A stretch of DNA of 64,000 bases from Octopus vulgaris (Eukaryota): the NCBI GenBank assembly GCA_951406725.2, contig OX597824.1, positions 29,698,001 to 29,762,000 on the forward strand, given 5' to 3'. The position numbers were made by a program, and so were the translations under genes. Under the pieces are notes generated by a model. That model did not search any database, was not told the DNA's origin, and saw nothing but the letters and a program-made list of their open reading frames with translations. Shown here one piece after another: positions 13,189 to 27,519 of this stretch (its first letter is position 1; the number at the start of each line of letters is the position of its first letter).

Positions 13189-13668
13189 TATTTACACTTT
13201 TCTACGTAAATCTCCACGACCCATGTGATCAATAAAGAAAGAATTATTACTATTGTTATTATTATTGTTGTTGCTGTTGCTTTTGCAGTGGTCATTGTTG
13301 CTATTTCTCTGTACGTATAGATGTTTGTATTATGAGTGTATATAAGGAGGTGATGCGTACACACACACACACAAATACCTTGATTGTGTATTTTGTTTTG
13401 TCTGAGAGCTGCCTCCGCTAGTTTAATTAAAATATTGATATTATTAATTTTGAATTGACCTTGAGGCAAATAAAGATAACATTATTATTGTCATCATCAT
13501 CATCATCATCATCACTATGAAAATACTGTGTACTAAACGCTAGGAAAATACATTTAATCCAATTATGTACCAAGGGACTTTTCCGCTCTATTCATAAAAC
13601 TCTTTTCTAACACCGATTATGTTCTCTTCAATACTCATGCGTTCACGCCCACTTTCTTTTTTGTCCCC

Positions 13669-13713
<45 letters not shown>

Positions 13714-13727
13714 ACTCACTCTCCTTC

Positions 13728-13767
<40 letters not shown>

Positions 13768-13830
13768 CCTCTGCTTCAGATACCTCGTCACATCACCTTC
13801 TCAGTGCTAGCATATATTTGTATTTAAACC

Positions 13831-13876
<46 letters not shown>

Positions 13877-14023
13877 GGGTGGAGACGGAGGACGGAGAAG
13901 AGGGGGAGAAGGAGGATTTCATTTATTGACCCAAAGGACCCAAGTCGTCGAGGACTACATCAAAAATATATGACATGGAACACACAAAAAGGTGGGGTTC
14001 ACATCGATGAAAAGGAAAAACTA

Positions 14024-14589
14024 TTGGGTTGTCCGGAAAGTTCGTGCCGATTTTTAAAGGAAAGATAAAGGTCAATAAATACTTACCATTACATTTTTAA
14101 TCAACCTAATATGAACCATTTTGTTGCACAATGCGTCTCCATCTTTCCTTTAACTTGAAAATACCCACTTCACAGAATTGAGGTGGTTTCATGGCAAAGA
14201 ATTCATCAAGGTATCTTTTTACGTCATCCAAAGAATTGAAATTTTTACCGTTAAGACTATTCTGCAGAGACCTGAATAAGTGGAAATCCGAAGGAGCAAT
14301 ATCTGGTGAATATGGAGGGTTGGATAACACATCCCAGCCGAGCTGCAGCAATTTTTGTCTGGTTCCCAAAGCATCAAGTGCCGAAAATGAACTTTCGTAT
14401 CTTCCATTTTAAAGGGTTACAAAATTAACACAGGTTATAGGAACATAAACCTTCTTCCACGAAATGATAGCTTAAACTGTGCTCTAAATGGAGGTGTAGT
14501 CAAATCCTATTTTATGGACTCAACCATGTTCTAAAATAAGACGAAATGTAAGCTTCTATAAATCGGCACGAACTTTCCGGACAACCCAA
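14024..14589 (-). mobile_element. Internally deleted mariner element, 566 bp
   Basis: Perfect 30-bp TIRs ttgggttgtccggaaagttcgtgccgattt with TA TSD; N-terminus MEDTKVHFRHLML (from 14407) fused out of frame to a C-terminus with WDVLSNPPYSPDIAPSDFHLF (YSPDLAPxD motif). Confidence 0.95.
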
Positions 14590-16169
14590 TATAACGATAA
14601 GGTAATACCAGAATATAAAATACAATTCAAAAATTTATAAAGAAATACTGACATAGCAATATAATGTAATAACTAATAATGATTTCAAATTTTGACACAA
14701 GGCCAGCAATTTCGAGGCGGTGTGCAAATCGATTGCATCGATCCCAGAGTTGAACTGGTAAATAGTGATAACTAATAATAGTAACTAACAATCAACAATA
14801 ATATGCATGGTTAACCCGCTAACATTCAGATTACAGTTCATGATCTTTTAACCGTTTGCCTGTCCTGTGTATGACATGTGATACGCAGGAGGTATTTCCC
14901 TGGTATCCATGCATCATATATGATATTCATTCCCAGTTCCTTCAACGACCAAAATAACTTGGGACTTATGAAATGAAAGTTTTATATTACTCAGTACATC
15001 ATGAAACAAGTCTGAAAACTGCATGGCTGTTTAGGACAATCTTATAAAAATACTTTGAACAAGTAAAGGTTTAAGGAACACATCACACTACAGGTGATAT
15101 AATACGAACTAGGGCTCCCTCAACCAGTTACCCAGTATCACATTGTCTATGATATCAAGGTTCATTCTTTGAATCGTTAGATAGTCAATACTGAAACAAA
15201 AGGATGTCTTCGGTAAAGGATGGAACCCACAACCTTAATCTCTATTTCGATTCCTCAGCACACTAGCTAGCTTACACCATTTCGGGCCTCGTTTTTTTTT
15301 TCTTTTCTTTTTCCGAACCGTTTAATCTGATTCTAGCCGATATAAACAGACCATCAATATCTTATTAATTCTGACGCTTATCACGAGCTGTGAAAGAAGG
15401 CTTCCTCGATTATGATTTAAAAGCAAAACTACTCAATGAATAAAAACCAAAAGATAGTGAAGATGTCGTTGCTGGGAGGTAATGAGTTCGTATCTTACTC
15501 AACGCATTACATTGCATCATCGAAATACATACACACAGACACACACAGACACACACACACACACACACACATACATACATACATACATACATGTTTATAT
15601 ACATATGTGTGTCTGTGTGTATAAGTATCTGTGCATTTATGCGTGCGTATGTGTGTATGTGTATATGTGTGTGGTGTGTGTGTATGTTTGTGTGTGCGTG
15701 AATCTTTAATCAGAAAAATAACACTGTTGCCCTTATTGACCTAAGTAGCCTGAGGTTTCCCTTGTACATTAAAAAATTATTGTCGGGGCAACCAAGTTGA
15801 TGCGACGGGGATTAGCCAGCAATCACCATTCTCGACAACATCAACAATATCATGAAGATTAAAAATAAATCAACGAATAAAGAAAGGAGCAAATAAACGT
15901 AGTAAGATTTATTTTCAGCATCCATAAATTTCTAAAGGATTGTGCATTGAATGAGTAAATAAATAAAAGGAAATATAATATGACTCTTACTAAATAAGTC
16001 TTCGATAAGAATTTTAAAAGCCTTTCATAGTTAAAATATATCTAATACAACAAATGGAGTGCATTATTACTTAGGAAAATATCTTCGCAAAAAAATGTTT
16101 CTATATTACATGCAGATGGAGATAGATAGATAGATAGATAGATGGATAGATAGATGGATGGATGGATGC

Positions 16170-16247
<78 letters not shown>

Positions 16248-16469
16248 GGATGGATGGATAGATAGATAGAGAGAGAGAGAGAGATAAGGAGGGAGAAAGT
16301 GGGAGAGAGATGGATAAATGGGTGGGGAGAAGATAAATAGATAGATGGATAGATATAGATAGATAGATAGATAGATAGTTTGATGGATAAAAAGTGAAAA
16401 TCTATATAAAACAATACATACATGTATGTATGCATATGTATATATACATACATATATATATATATCTAT

Positions 16470-16510
<41 letters not shown>

Positions 16511-16518
16511 CGTGTGTG

Positions 16519-16555
<37 letters not shown>

Positions 16556-16587
16556 ATACATGCATATATACATGTATACATGATTGA

Positions 16588-16649
<62 letters not shown>

Positions 16650-18040
16650 ATATATTCAATCATGTATATATATATATATGTATACATATATATGTGTGTG
16701 TATATACATAGCTATAACTGCATGTATGTATGTATGTATGTATGTATGTATGTATATGAAAGCAATGCATGTATACGTTAGAAAGCAAGGTGTTTTAAAT
16801 ACAAGAAGGAAAAGAAGAAGACGAACAAGTAGACCTTACCGAGGCTACTTAGCTCTGTCTATAAAGCGATTTAAAATCTAGAAACAATAAAACCAGCTGA
16901 TGGCGAAATGAAAAAAAATAATAATAATATATTCTGCAATAAAAACAACAACAACAACAAGATCCACAATAAAATTTATAAATGAGAAACAAAGAAAACA
17001 TATACGGCGAGTGAACTTAAAATGGCCGGTTTTTGTCAAAAGTTTGCAAGCTATCGGAAGTGACGTAAACAAATGGATTTCTGCTAAATTTCACTGCTAC
17101 CAATTATTTATTAATGCAAATCCTTCCGCCACACCTCTTCCTCCCATTCTATTAACCATTCCACTGTTCAATCGCACCAATACACCGCAAACCAACCTAT
17201 CATTCATTTGTTTCTTTTTTGTTTGTGTTTTTCTTTTTCTTTATATGATTTTTTAATTTTTTGTAAAGCTTTTCTTTGCAGTTCTTGTTGTTTAGCTTTT
17301 ATTTCATCGGCTTTTCTCTAGTTATTTTTTGTTTTGTGGTGGTGGTGGTGGTGGTGGTGGTGGTGGTGGTGGTGGTGGTGGTGGTGGCGGTGGTGCTGCT
17401 GCTGCTGCTGCTGCTGGTGCTGGTGGTGTTGTTGTTGGTGGTGGTGGTGATGGTGGTGGTGGTGGCGGTTTGTTCTATTACACGTCTTCCACCACCATCA
17501 CCACCACCACCGCCACCACTATCATCATCATCATCGTCGTCATCTTTATCATCATCATAATCATCATCATCATAATCATCATCATAAGCTTCATCTTCAT
17601 CGTCATCATCTTTTTCGTCGTTTTCGTTTTAGTCATCATCATCATCAACATCATCGCCATCTCATTAATACTGTAACCATCATTCTAAATATATTCACAT
17701 AGATTATCATAATTTTCATCATCAACAGCATCTTCAGCAGCATCTTATACTGTCGACGTCGTCATCATTGTCATCGCCATCTCTCTCGGCATCATTATCA
17801 TCATCGTCATCGCCGTCGACATCATCATTATCGCCGTCGTCACCGCTGCCACCGTCGTCGTGTTCGTCGTCGTCGTTGTTGCCGGTGTCGTGGCCGTCGC
17901 TGTCGTTGTCATCGTTATTATCGTCATCGTTGTCATCAACATCTTCGTCTTTGTCGTCTTAATCAGTTTGATTATGATCATCATTATCATAGTCATTATC
18001 ATCATCATTATCATCATTTTCATCATCATCATATCATCAA

Positions 18041-18075
<35 letters not shown>

Positions 18076-18076
18076 A

Positions 18077-18123
<47 letters not shown>

Positions 18124-18442
18124 ACATCATCATCATCGTAATCAAAATCAAGATCGTCGTCGTCGTCATAAACAACGTTGTCATCATCGTCATCATTATC
18201 ATCAGTTTCACTATGACTATCACTATCACAGTCGTAATGTTTAGTATTTTGTCAAATTATATATAAAAGCAATTTAACTGAAGGATTACTAAATACTTTT
18301 TTAATTTAGTTACTCTTGATAAAGTTTTTTTGAAGAAAGGCTGTCAGTAACTTCGAAGTATCCGCTTGCTCACTGTCATCAGATAACCCGATGACGGTGA
18401 GCTAGCCAAAACTTGAAATCACAGGCATCGTTTTCCTTGTAA

Positions 18443-18662
18443 TAATCCTTTTTAATATAGGCATAAAGCTTGAAATTCTAGGGGAGGGGGCCAGTTGATT
18501 AGATCGACTCCAGTACGAAACTGGTAGTTGATGTATCGACCCCAAAAGGATGAAAGGCAAAGTCGACCTCGGCGGAATTTGAACTCAGATTGAGAGCGAG
18601 GGGCGAAATACCGCTAAGCATTTCGTCCAACCTGCTAACGATTTTGCCAGCTCGCCGCCTTG
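18443..18662 (-). mobile_element. Nin/Deu-domain tRNA-derived SINE (family B)
   Basis: Head aaggcggcgagctggcaaaatcgttagc, B box gagttcaaattcc, core gcctttcatccttttggggtcgata. Confidence 0.85.
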
Positions 18663-18918
18663 TTTCTCTTCTAATAATGAATACATACAAACATACATAC
18701 ATACATACATACATACATACATACATACATACATACATACATACATTCCACTAGGGAAATTCCAACACGGTATATTCCACCGAGGTAAATTTCACCATAG
18801 GTGAAATTATCATTATTGTTATTATTATCATTATTATTATTATTATCATTATTATTATTATCATTATTATTATTATGGAATTTTCCGTGGAATTTACTTC
18901 GATGGAAATCACCTAGAA

Positions 18919-18959
<41 letters not shown>

Positions 18960-18965
<6 letters not shown>

Positions 18966-19310
18966 AGCTTATTTCAATTTCCGTCTACCAAATGCACACA
19001 AGGCTTTGGTCGGCCCGAGGCTATAGTAGAAGATTATATATATATATATATATATGACGAGCTTATTTCAATTTCCGTCTACCAAATGCACACAAGGCTT
19101 TGGTCGGCCCGGGGCTATAGTAGAAGATTATATGTATATATATATATATGACGAGCTTATTTCAATTTCCGTCTACCAAATGCACACAAGGCTTTGGTCG
19201 GTCCGAGGCTATAGTAGAAGATTATATATATATATATATGACGAGCTTATTTCAATTTCCGTCTACCAAATGCACACAAGGCTTTGGTCGGCCCGAGGCT
19301 ATAGTAGAAG

Positions 19311-19345
<35 letters not shown>

Positions 19346-19495
19346 CGAGCTTATTTCAATTTCCGTCTACCAAATGCACACAAGGCTTTGGTCGGCCCGA
19401 GGCTATAGTAGAAGATATTTGCTAAAGGTGCCATGCAGTGAATTTGAACCTGGAACCATGTATTTGGGAAAGAAACGTCTTACCACCCAACCACT
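18960..19495 (-). repeat. Five tandem ~73-bp family A SINE segments separated by variable (TA)n; the last runs into the SINE head
   Basis: Unit atgacgagcttatttcaatttccgtctaccaaatgcacacaaggctttggtcggcccgaggctatagtagaagat at ~18960, 19054, 19148, 19238 and 19342. Confidence 0.95.
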
Positions 19496-19792
19496 CCAGG
19501 GTGCATTACATATTTTATGTTATATGTGTGTGTGTGTGCGTGCTTATGGGTTTATGTGTGTGTATGTACGCGCATGTATGTGTTTATATGTACGCGTGCG
19601 TATGTGACTTTTTTTGTGTGTGTATTTAAATACATATACACATAAGCGAATACAAGAACTTGAAACAAAACGAGAAAGAAACCCACTGAGAAAGGGGGTT
19701 GTGATGAAAAACAAACACAAATGAACTGTTGTATGAAAATGAAAAGGAACAACAGCAACAGCAATACCAACGACAACAACAATACCGCCATC

Positions 19793-19841
<49 letters not shown>

Positions 19842-19913
19842 GTAATAGTAATAATAATAGTAATAATAATAATAACAATAATAATAATTATAATAATAAT
19901 AATAGAAATAGTA

Positions 19914-19955
<42 letters not shown>

Positions 19956-19976
19956 GTAACAGTAATAGTAATAGTA

Positions 19977-20024
<48 letters not shown>

Positions 20025-20033
20025 GTAACAGTA

Positions 20034-20087
<54 letters not shown>

Positions 20088-20125
20088 GTAATAATGATAA
20101 TAATAATAATAATAATAAATGATGG

Positions 20126-20159
<34 letters not shown>

Positions 20160-20470
20160 AAACAACATTAACAACGATGAGATCAGTAAGGCATATATAA
20201 AAGAGAATAAACTGACATGGCAAATGGTTGTATTCTAGCGAGAAGAACCATGTTCATCATTATAAAAGTTGGTTTGTTTCATGGTAACTGTCTATTTTAA
20301 AAGCTGCCATATATTGACAAGATGGCTGCAAACGACAAATTGCTCCAAATGGCGCACAGTTTGATGTACACATAGATATATATATATACGTAAATATACG
20401 CATCCATAAACACATACACAAATACCGATATGTATCTTTGTTTGCACTCACATGCATGCCTGTATATATA

Positions 20471-20543
<73 letters not shown>

Positions 20544-20759
20544 ATATATGTAGCAAAAATTTAGATTCATATGAATTAGGTACATGCATATATATCTGCA
20601 ACTACATATATCAATATGTAAGTATGCGTCTATTTTCATTATATATTTTTTTTATTTTTATATATTTAACTTTATTTTATTCACTTTCTTTTTTTCGTCC
20701 ACCATCTTAAATGCACTAAAATGAACGCAGTGTATATGTGTGTGTTTGTGCACGAGTAA

Positions 20760-20831
<72 letters not shown>

Positions 20832-21214
20832 TTTTGTGTATTTGTATATTTGTGCGTTTGTGTGTCTTAACATGTCGGTTTGAGCCGGGCAATTGGAAGT
20901 TTATGATGTTTTCTCTTTAGATTTAAGTGATGCTTACAAGGAAACGATGGGTGCGGGTGCGGGTGCGGAAGAGGTGGGAGAGATTCGGCAGAAAATGAAG
21001 GAGAAACAAAGAGAGAGAGAGAAAGAGAAAAGGAAAGAAAGGAAAGAAAGAACGCAGCTATGAATTCACGGTACAAGCTGTAGATCTTAGAAACTATAAG
21101 TGCGTTTTGGGGCGTGCGTATGCGTTTGTGTGAGTGCGTGCTTATATGAGATAGAGTTGTGGGTATATGAGATAGTATCATTGTGTATACTCGTTTATAT
21201 AAAAATATTCGAGC

Positions 21215-21282
<68 letters not shown>

Positions 21283-21528
21283 ATGTGTGTATGTATGTAT
21301 GTATGTATGTATATATATATATATATATATATACTCACACACACACACATGTGCGTATATGTAAATATGGACGTACACATATATGATATACTCATATAGA
21401 TATATGTACATGTACATCTAAGTGTGTGTCTATGTGTATATATATATATTAAAATGCAGTAAGCAAGTTATATCAAGGAGGTTAAAGTTTACAAACTCAC
21501 ATATAAACAAATTTAGATACAGCAACAA

Positions 21529-21571
<43 letters not shown>

Positions 21572-22148
21572 CGAGTGTGTATGCGTGTATGTGTGAATTA
21601 TGTATTTATGTTGGTGCGTATGTATTTATACGAATATGCATACATGTGATACGGGGACAGACACACACACATACACACACAAACAGAAACACACATGCAC
21701 ACAAACACGCGTACACACCTACACATACAAATTCACGAATATAAATGAAATAGAATGGAGTAAAAATTTTACATGGAAATGTGTTGGGAATGAGAAGAGA
21801 AAACTAAGTAGAAATCATGGAAATGTGTTTCCATAGAACGGACCATTTAACAAGAAAAAAATATATATTCCAGAAAGCAAAGCAAAAATGATTTGACTGT
21901 CTTTTTGGAGATACAAATCATTCATAACAGACTTCTGGAACTATTTTTAACAACAACAACAACACCACCACCAACAACAACAACAACAATAGTAATAATA
22001 ATAATATAAAAGACAGTGTAGATAATATTATGGAAGTATAAAGGATCAATTTTTAGAAAAATATGTTTATCCGCCTCTTCGGAGATACGTATTAATGTTT
22101 GTGCGAATATATTTATACATACATACATACATACATACATACACACAC

Positions 22149-22227
<79 letters not shown>

Positions 22228-22231
<4 letters not shown>

Positions 22232-22260
22232 CTATCAAGGCGCCCGCGCTAACTTGGATA

Positions 22261-22307
<47 letters not shown>

Positions 22308-22312
22308 ATATG

Positions 22313-22350
<38 letters not shown>

Positions 22351-22400
22351 CACATATATATATATGTATATATGTCTATATATATATGTCTATATATATA

Positions 22401-22438
<38 letters not shown>

Positions 22439-22477
22439 AATATATATATATAGACATATATATATAGACATATATAC

Positions 22478-22513
<36 letters not shown>

Positions 22514-22532
22514 GTGTGTGCTTGTGTATATG

Positions 22533-22574
<42 letters not shown>

Positions 22575-22624
22575 CACATATATATATATGTATATATGTC
22601 TATATATATATGTCTATATATATA

Positions 22625-22664
<40 letters not shown>

Positions 22665-22754
22665 AATATATATATATAGACATATATATATAGACATATA
22701 TACATATATATATATGTGTATGTTATATATATATATATATATATACATACATAT

Positions 22755-22799
<45 letters not shown>

Positions 22800-22812
22800 C
22801 ATATACACATAT

Positions 22813-22853
<41 letters not shown>

Positions 22854-22894
22854 TATATGCATATCCAAGTTAGCGCGGGCGCCTTGATAGAACA
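22228..22894. repeat. Inverted duplication with identical 38-bp unique ends enclosing a mirrored (TA)n mosaic
   Basis: tgttctatcaaggcgcccgcgctaacttggatatgcat at 22228 and its exact reverse complement ending at 22894. Confidence 0.9.
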
Positions 22895-22949
22895 CCGAAT
22901 ACTTCGTTAATTAGCCTTGAGAGATCCTCTCATATCGGCGCTCGCTTGT

Positions 22950-23750
22950 TCACTAATCGCATAAAAAAGTACACCCGTAGATCTCAGCAGACGAGAATCG
23001 TCTGTTATGAGCAATGGAACTTTTATATGGTTCCATTCTCTTTTTCATCGACCAATGGCGGTTTTTTGTTGTTGTTTTTTACTCTTTTTTTTTGGCAAAT
23101 CTTTGCACAATGCTTCCAATTGACAACGATGCTTCTTTGCAGTAACAGTTTCATTGATGCTGTTCCCTTACCACGAAACACAGAGCATATCTTTTTTCCA
23201 GTGTATTCACAGTTTGGGGATGGATCCTACTTTTCATTATGCTAACCATTGTTTGCGTTGGATATGATAATAGAGAACCAACTTTTCATCGCTTGCAATG
23301 ATTTTACCCAAAACAGATTCGGTAACAAATCTACTTCTTCACTGACGAGTACGAAGCAAAGCTTTTGTGAAACTGAGAAGCAGTTTAAACAGTTTTCCTA
23401 ATTCATGAAAGTGTTTTGGGATCGAAGCTTGACTTGAACTGAACTGGGATATTTTAAACACAATTCTCGGGCAGTTTCCTCTAGATTTTCTTATCTATGG
23501 CTTTTGGAAGCGCAATGTTGACAGAAGTTGATCGTCCAAATTCAGTGAATCTCCAAGAGAAAAATTTGCCGAATGAAACTAGCCAAATCATCATTGGCAG
23601 GTCCGTGCAGTTAAATTTTCATTTCCGTTGAGAGATGAAAAATCCGTTGATAGATAAATATTTCTTGTAGGTTCCATTGCTAAAGAAACTCTTTTCAATT
23701 CAAACAGTATGTAGTGTTTGATATGAGTCTGAACTGAACTTATTCTTAAA
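22950..23750 (-). pseudogene. Decayed mariner transposase
   Basis: Minus-strand fragments KIIASDEKLVLYY (DEKW motif, ~23265-23307), MLCVSW and ETVTAKKHRCQLEAL, with frameshifts and stops; ends approximate. Confidence 0.65.
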
Positions 23751-23890
23751 GGGTAAAAATTGATGCGAATATAGCCATTATATCGTCCCCAGTATTCAAC
23801 TGGTACTTATTTTATCCACCTCGAAAGAATGAAAGGCAAAGTCGACCACAGTGGGATTTGAACTCAGAAAGTAAAGATGGACGAAATACC

Positions 23891-24125
23891 TATCTCTTTA
23901 CTACCCACAAGGTGCTAAACGCAGACAGGACAAACAAGGACAGACAAACGTTTTAAGTCGATTATATCGACCCCAGTGCGTTACTGGTACTTAATTTATC
24001 GACCCCGAAAGGATGAAAGGCAAAGTCGACCTCGGCGAAATTTGAACTCAGAACGTAACGGCAGACGAAATACGGCTACGCATTTCGCCCGGCGTGCTAA
24101 CGTTTCTGCCAGCTCGCCGCCTTCT
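23891..24125 (-). mobile_element. Family B SINE nested in an older family B SINE (23790-24160)
   Basis: 14-bp TSD atggacgaaatacc at 23877-23890 and 24126-24139. Confidence 0.85.
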
Positions 24126-24659
24126 ATGGACGAAATACCATTAAGCATTTCGTCCGTCTTAATGGTCGAGGTGTTTGTAATAATACAAACAATATATATA
24201 GATATATAAATATCATGTCACAACATCCATTACCTTTCATGCACTTCTATCGTACCTTCCATATTCCTCTGACTTTCCCTTTTGCCTTACATTTGCGCCC
24301 ACTCTCACCTCCTTACTTCTAAGCTTTCCTCACACATAACACAATTACACACAACAACACCTCGCCCCTACGAACGTAGTCTTCTATTTTTTACACCTGC
24401 ACACTTCTACACTCATATATAAGCCCCCAAAAAGTCACGCAAACTACTTCCTCCATATTTGCTCTTTCTTCAGGTGAAGGACAAACGCCCGAATCGTTAA
24501 CATTCTTTTCTGAGCGTTAAGCTAAATCAGTAATTGCTAGAACATTTTCCTCCTGTATTAGCGTTTCCTTCTTCTTAACTTATTGGTCATCGGATTTACA
24601 ATATGTGTGTCTACGTGTGTGCTTGTGTGAATATGTACCTGCGTGTGATTTTTTGTATG

Positions 24660-24731
<72 letters not shown>

Positions 24732-24864
24732 TGTATGTATGTATGTATGTGAGTGTGTGTGTGTATATATACATGCATATATGAGTACAGGACATCAAAA
24801 AAACGTCACCAAAATGAGAAATGAGATAGACAACATAAAGAACATTCCCTTCATCAGTTGGGTA

Positions 24865-24910
<46 letters not shown>

Positions 24911-24990
24911 ACTTCGTGGTGGTCATTTTTTGCCAAATGTACACACGCACTATATATTTTTTTTCACTCGTTTATTACTGTTATTTCATT

Positions 24991-25068
<78 letters not shown>

Positions 25069-25159
25069 GATATATATATATATATATATGCGTATGTATG
25101 ACAATTCATGTAAATGCATCTATATGTGCATATAGATGGACAGACAGACAGACAGGTAT

Positions 25160-25238
<79 letters not shown>

Positions 25239-25598
25239 GATAGATAGATAGATATTGTATATTACTTTTCTTTAATACACTTTTTTATCTGCTAGTGCTT
25301 GTTTTTCTCTTCCCTGTCCCTTAACCAATATATTCCAAATGTTATCTTTGACAGATCCATTGTCTAAATCTACCTTTCAACAAATTGATGTCACTTTAAA
25401 TATTATCTCAGATTAGGGGATCGACTAACCCCAATCCTACCTCTTCACCTATTATTTATATATTCTTTTCTTGTTTTTTCATTGCTACTCAACACAGTCA
25501 TGATGGTACTGGTGGTGGTGGTGATGGTAGTGGTGGTGGTCGTGATGGTCGTCGTCGTCATCGCGGTGACGGCGGCGGTGGGTAAGGTGGTGATGATG

Positions 25599-25652
<54 letters not shown>

Positions 25653-26280
25653 TCGACGACAGTGATGGCGGCGTTAGAGGTGGCACTACGGGTGTTGTTG
25701 TTGTTGCTGTTGGTGGTGGTGATGGTGGTGGTAGTAGTGGTTGTGGTTGTGGTGGTGATGGCATTGGCTTTGGTGGTGGCATTAGTGGTAGTTGTGGCGG
25801 TGGTGGTGGAGGTAGTGGTGGAGGTGGTGGTGGTGGTGACGGTGACGGTTGAATGGTGGTCGTGGCGGTAGTAGTAGTGCTGATGGTTGATGGCGACGGA
25901 TGTAATGATAACAATGTTAATGATGATGATGATAATGATGACTACGACCATGATGACAATGTTGGTTATGATGCTGATGCTGCTGCTGATGATGATGATG
26001 ATGACTACGATGACGTTGCTGATTATGTTTATGTCATTTAACCATAAATGTTTACATATGAATATGTACACACACACACACACACACACACACACGGGAT
26101 GTAACAATGTATATAATATTTATCTGTCGCGCGGTTTTAAATATTAGTTTTTACACAAATCTGTGATATGTATTTTGCCCCATTAAGTGTTTAACTTACA
26201 TATGACCTCTTTTATCTCGATTTTTCTTCGTTTATATATTTATCTACACGCCATGATTCGATATACATACACACACACAT

Positions 26281-26323
<43 letters not shown>

Positions 26324-26453
26324 CATACATGCGTGTATGTATGTTTGCACGTTATAAATTCACAGCCGCACTCAAAGAAAGTTATGTGTGTGTATGTGTG
26401 CGTGTGTGTGTAGAATCTATATATACATATATAAATGTGAATATACACATACC

Positions 26454-26513
<60 letters not shown>

Positions 26514-26637
26514 CACACAAACGCGCACGCGCACACATAAACACATATGTATACATACATCCATATATACATACGTACGTATACGGGTGGTTGTCACTTT
26601 GTCTCTGTATCTTACTGTTATTCTCTCTCTCTATCTT

Positions 26638-26711
<74 letters not shown>

Positions 26712-26811
26712 TGTCTGTTTGTTACTGTTTTTCCCTTTCTCAAGATCTCTCCATCTCCAAGTTTGTCTCTTCCCTCCCTCTCCCACTCTCTGACCTTCGT
26801 GCATACTAGCT

Positions 26812-26848
<37 letters not shown>

Positions 26849-27519
26849 ATTCAACTACCGTAGTAATTGAATAATATTCTTAAGACCACAATTTGCTCAC
26901 ACGCAGCATCTTTCAGAGCTTGTCGCTAATTCAGTTCTTAACCAAATGGACAATCATTAGCTACATTTTGGCATTAAAAAAAATTGAGATTTTGACCAGT
27001 AGAAAAAAGTTTACATCAAAATTTGTAGCAACGTTATAGGAAAGTTAGTAACACCTCCAATCAAGTTTAGATCTAAATAACATTTTTTATTTTGAAAGCA
27101 AAATATATTTATCATAGTCTCAATGATAGAAGAAAGCATAAGGAATTCCAGTTTTGGTGCCATGCCAAAAAAACTTGTATTAGAATTTTTGAGGTAAAAT
27201 ATCATGAAAAGAATATAAGGCAAGAAATTTGATTTAAGTATAATTAACTTTTTTATTTTAAAATGATAGAGCTCAATTCGAGGAATTTCATGGCATCAAT
27301 CTCATGCAATGAAGTTTTTAAAGAAACAAGTTATGAATGTTTATTTCTCAAATTTGAAGGTGATAATACAGTTCTATACTTTTTTGTGAATATTATTCTA
27401 GGGGACTTTTAATATATGTCACCGGCATCATTGAGGTAACGAAAAAATTATCAGCGTCACCACTAATTGACACATTATTAATTAACATAATATTATAGCC
27501 TGCAAAAAACATGGATTAC

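Noticed and set aside
18960-19420. Regularly spaced repeats resembling a CRISPR array
   Set aside because: Eukaryotic context; the repeats are SINE sequence, the spacers are only (TA)n, and there are no cas genes.
24465-24530. Possible further copy of the minimal hammerhead family
   Set aside because: Only the downstream ctgagcgtt context resembles the family; the core is unrecognisable.
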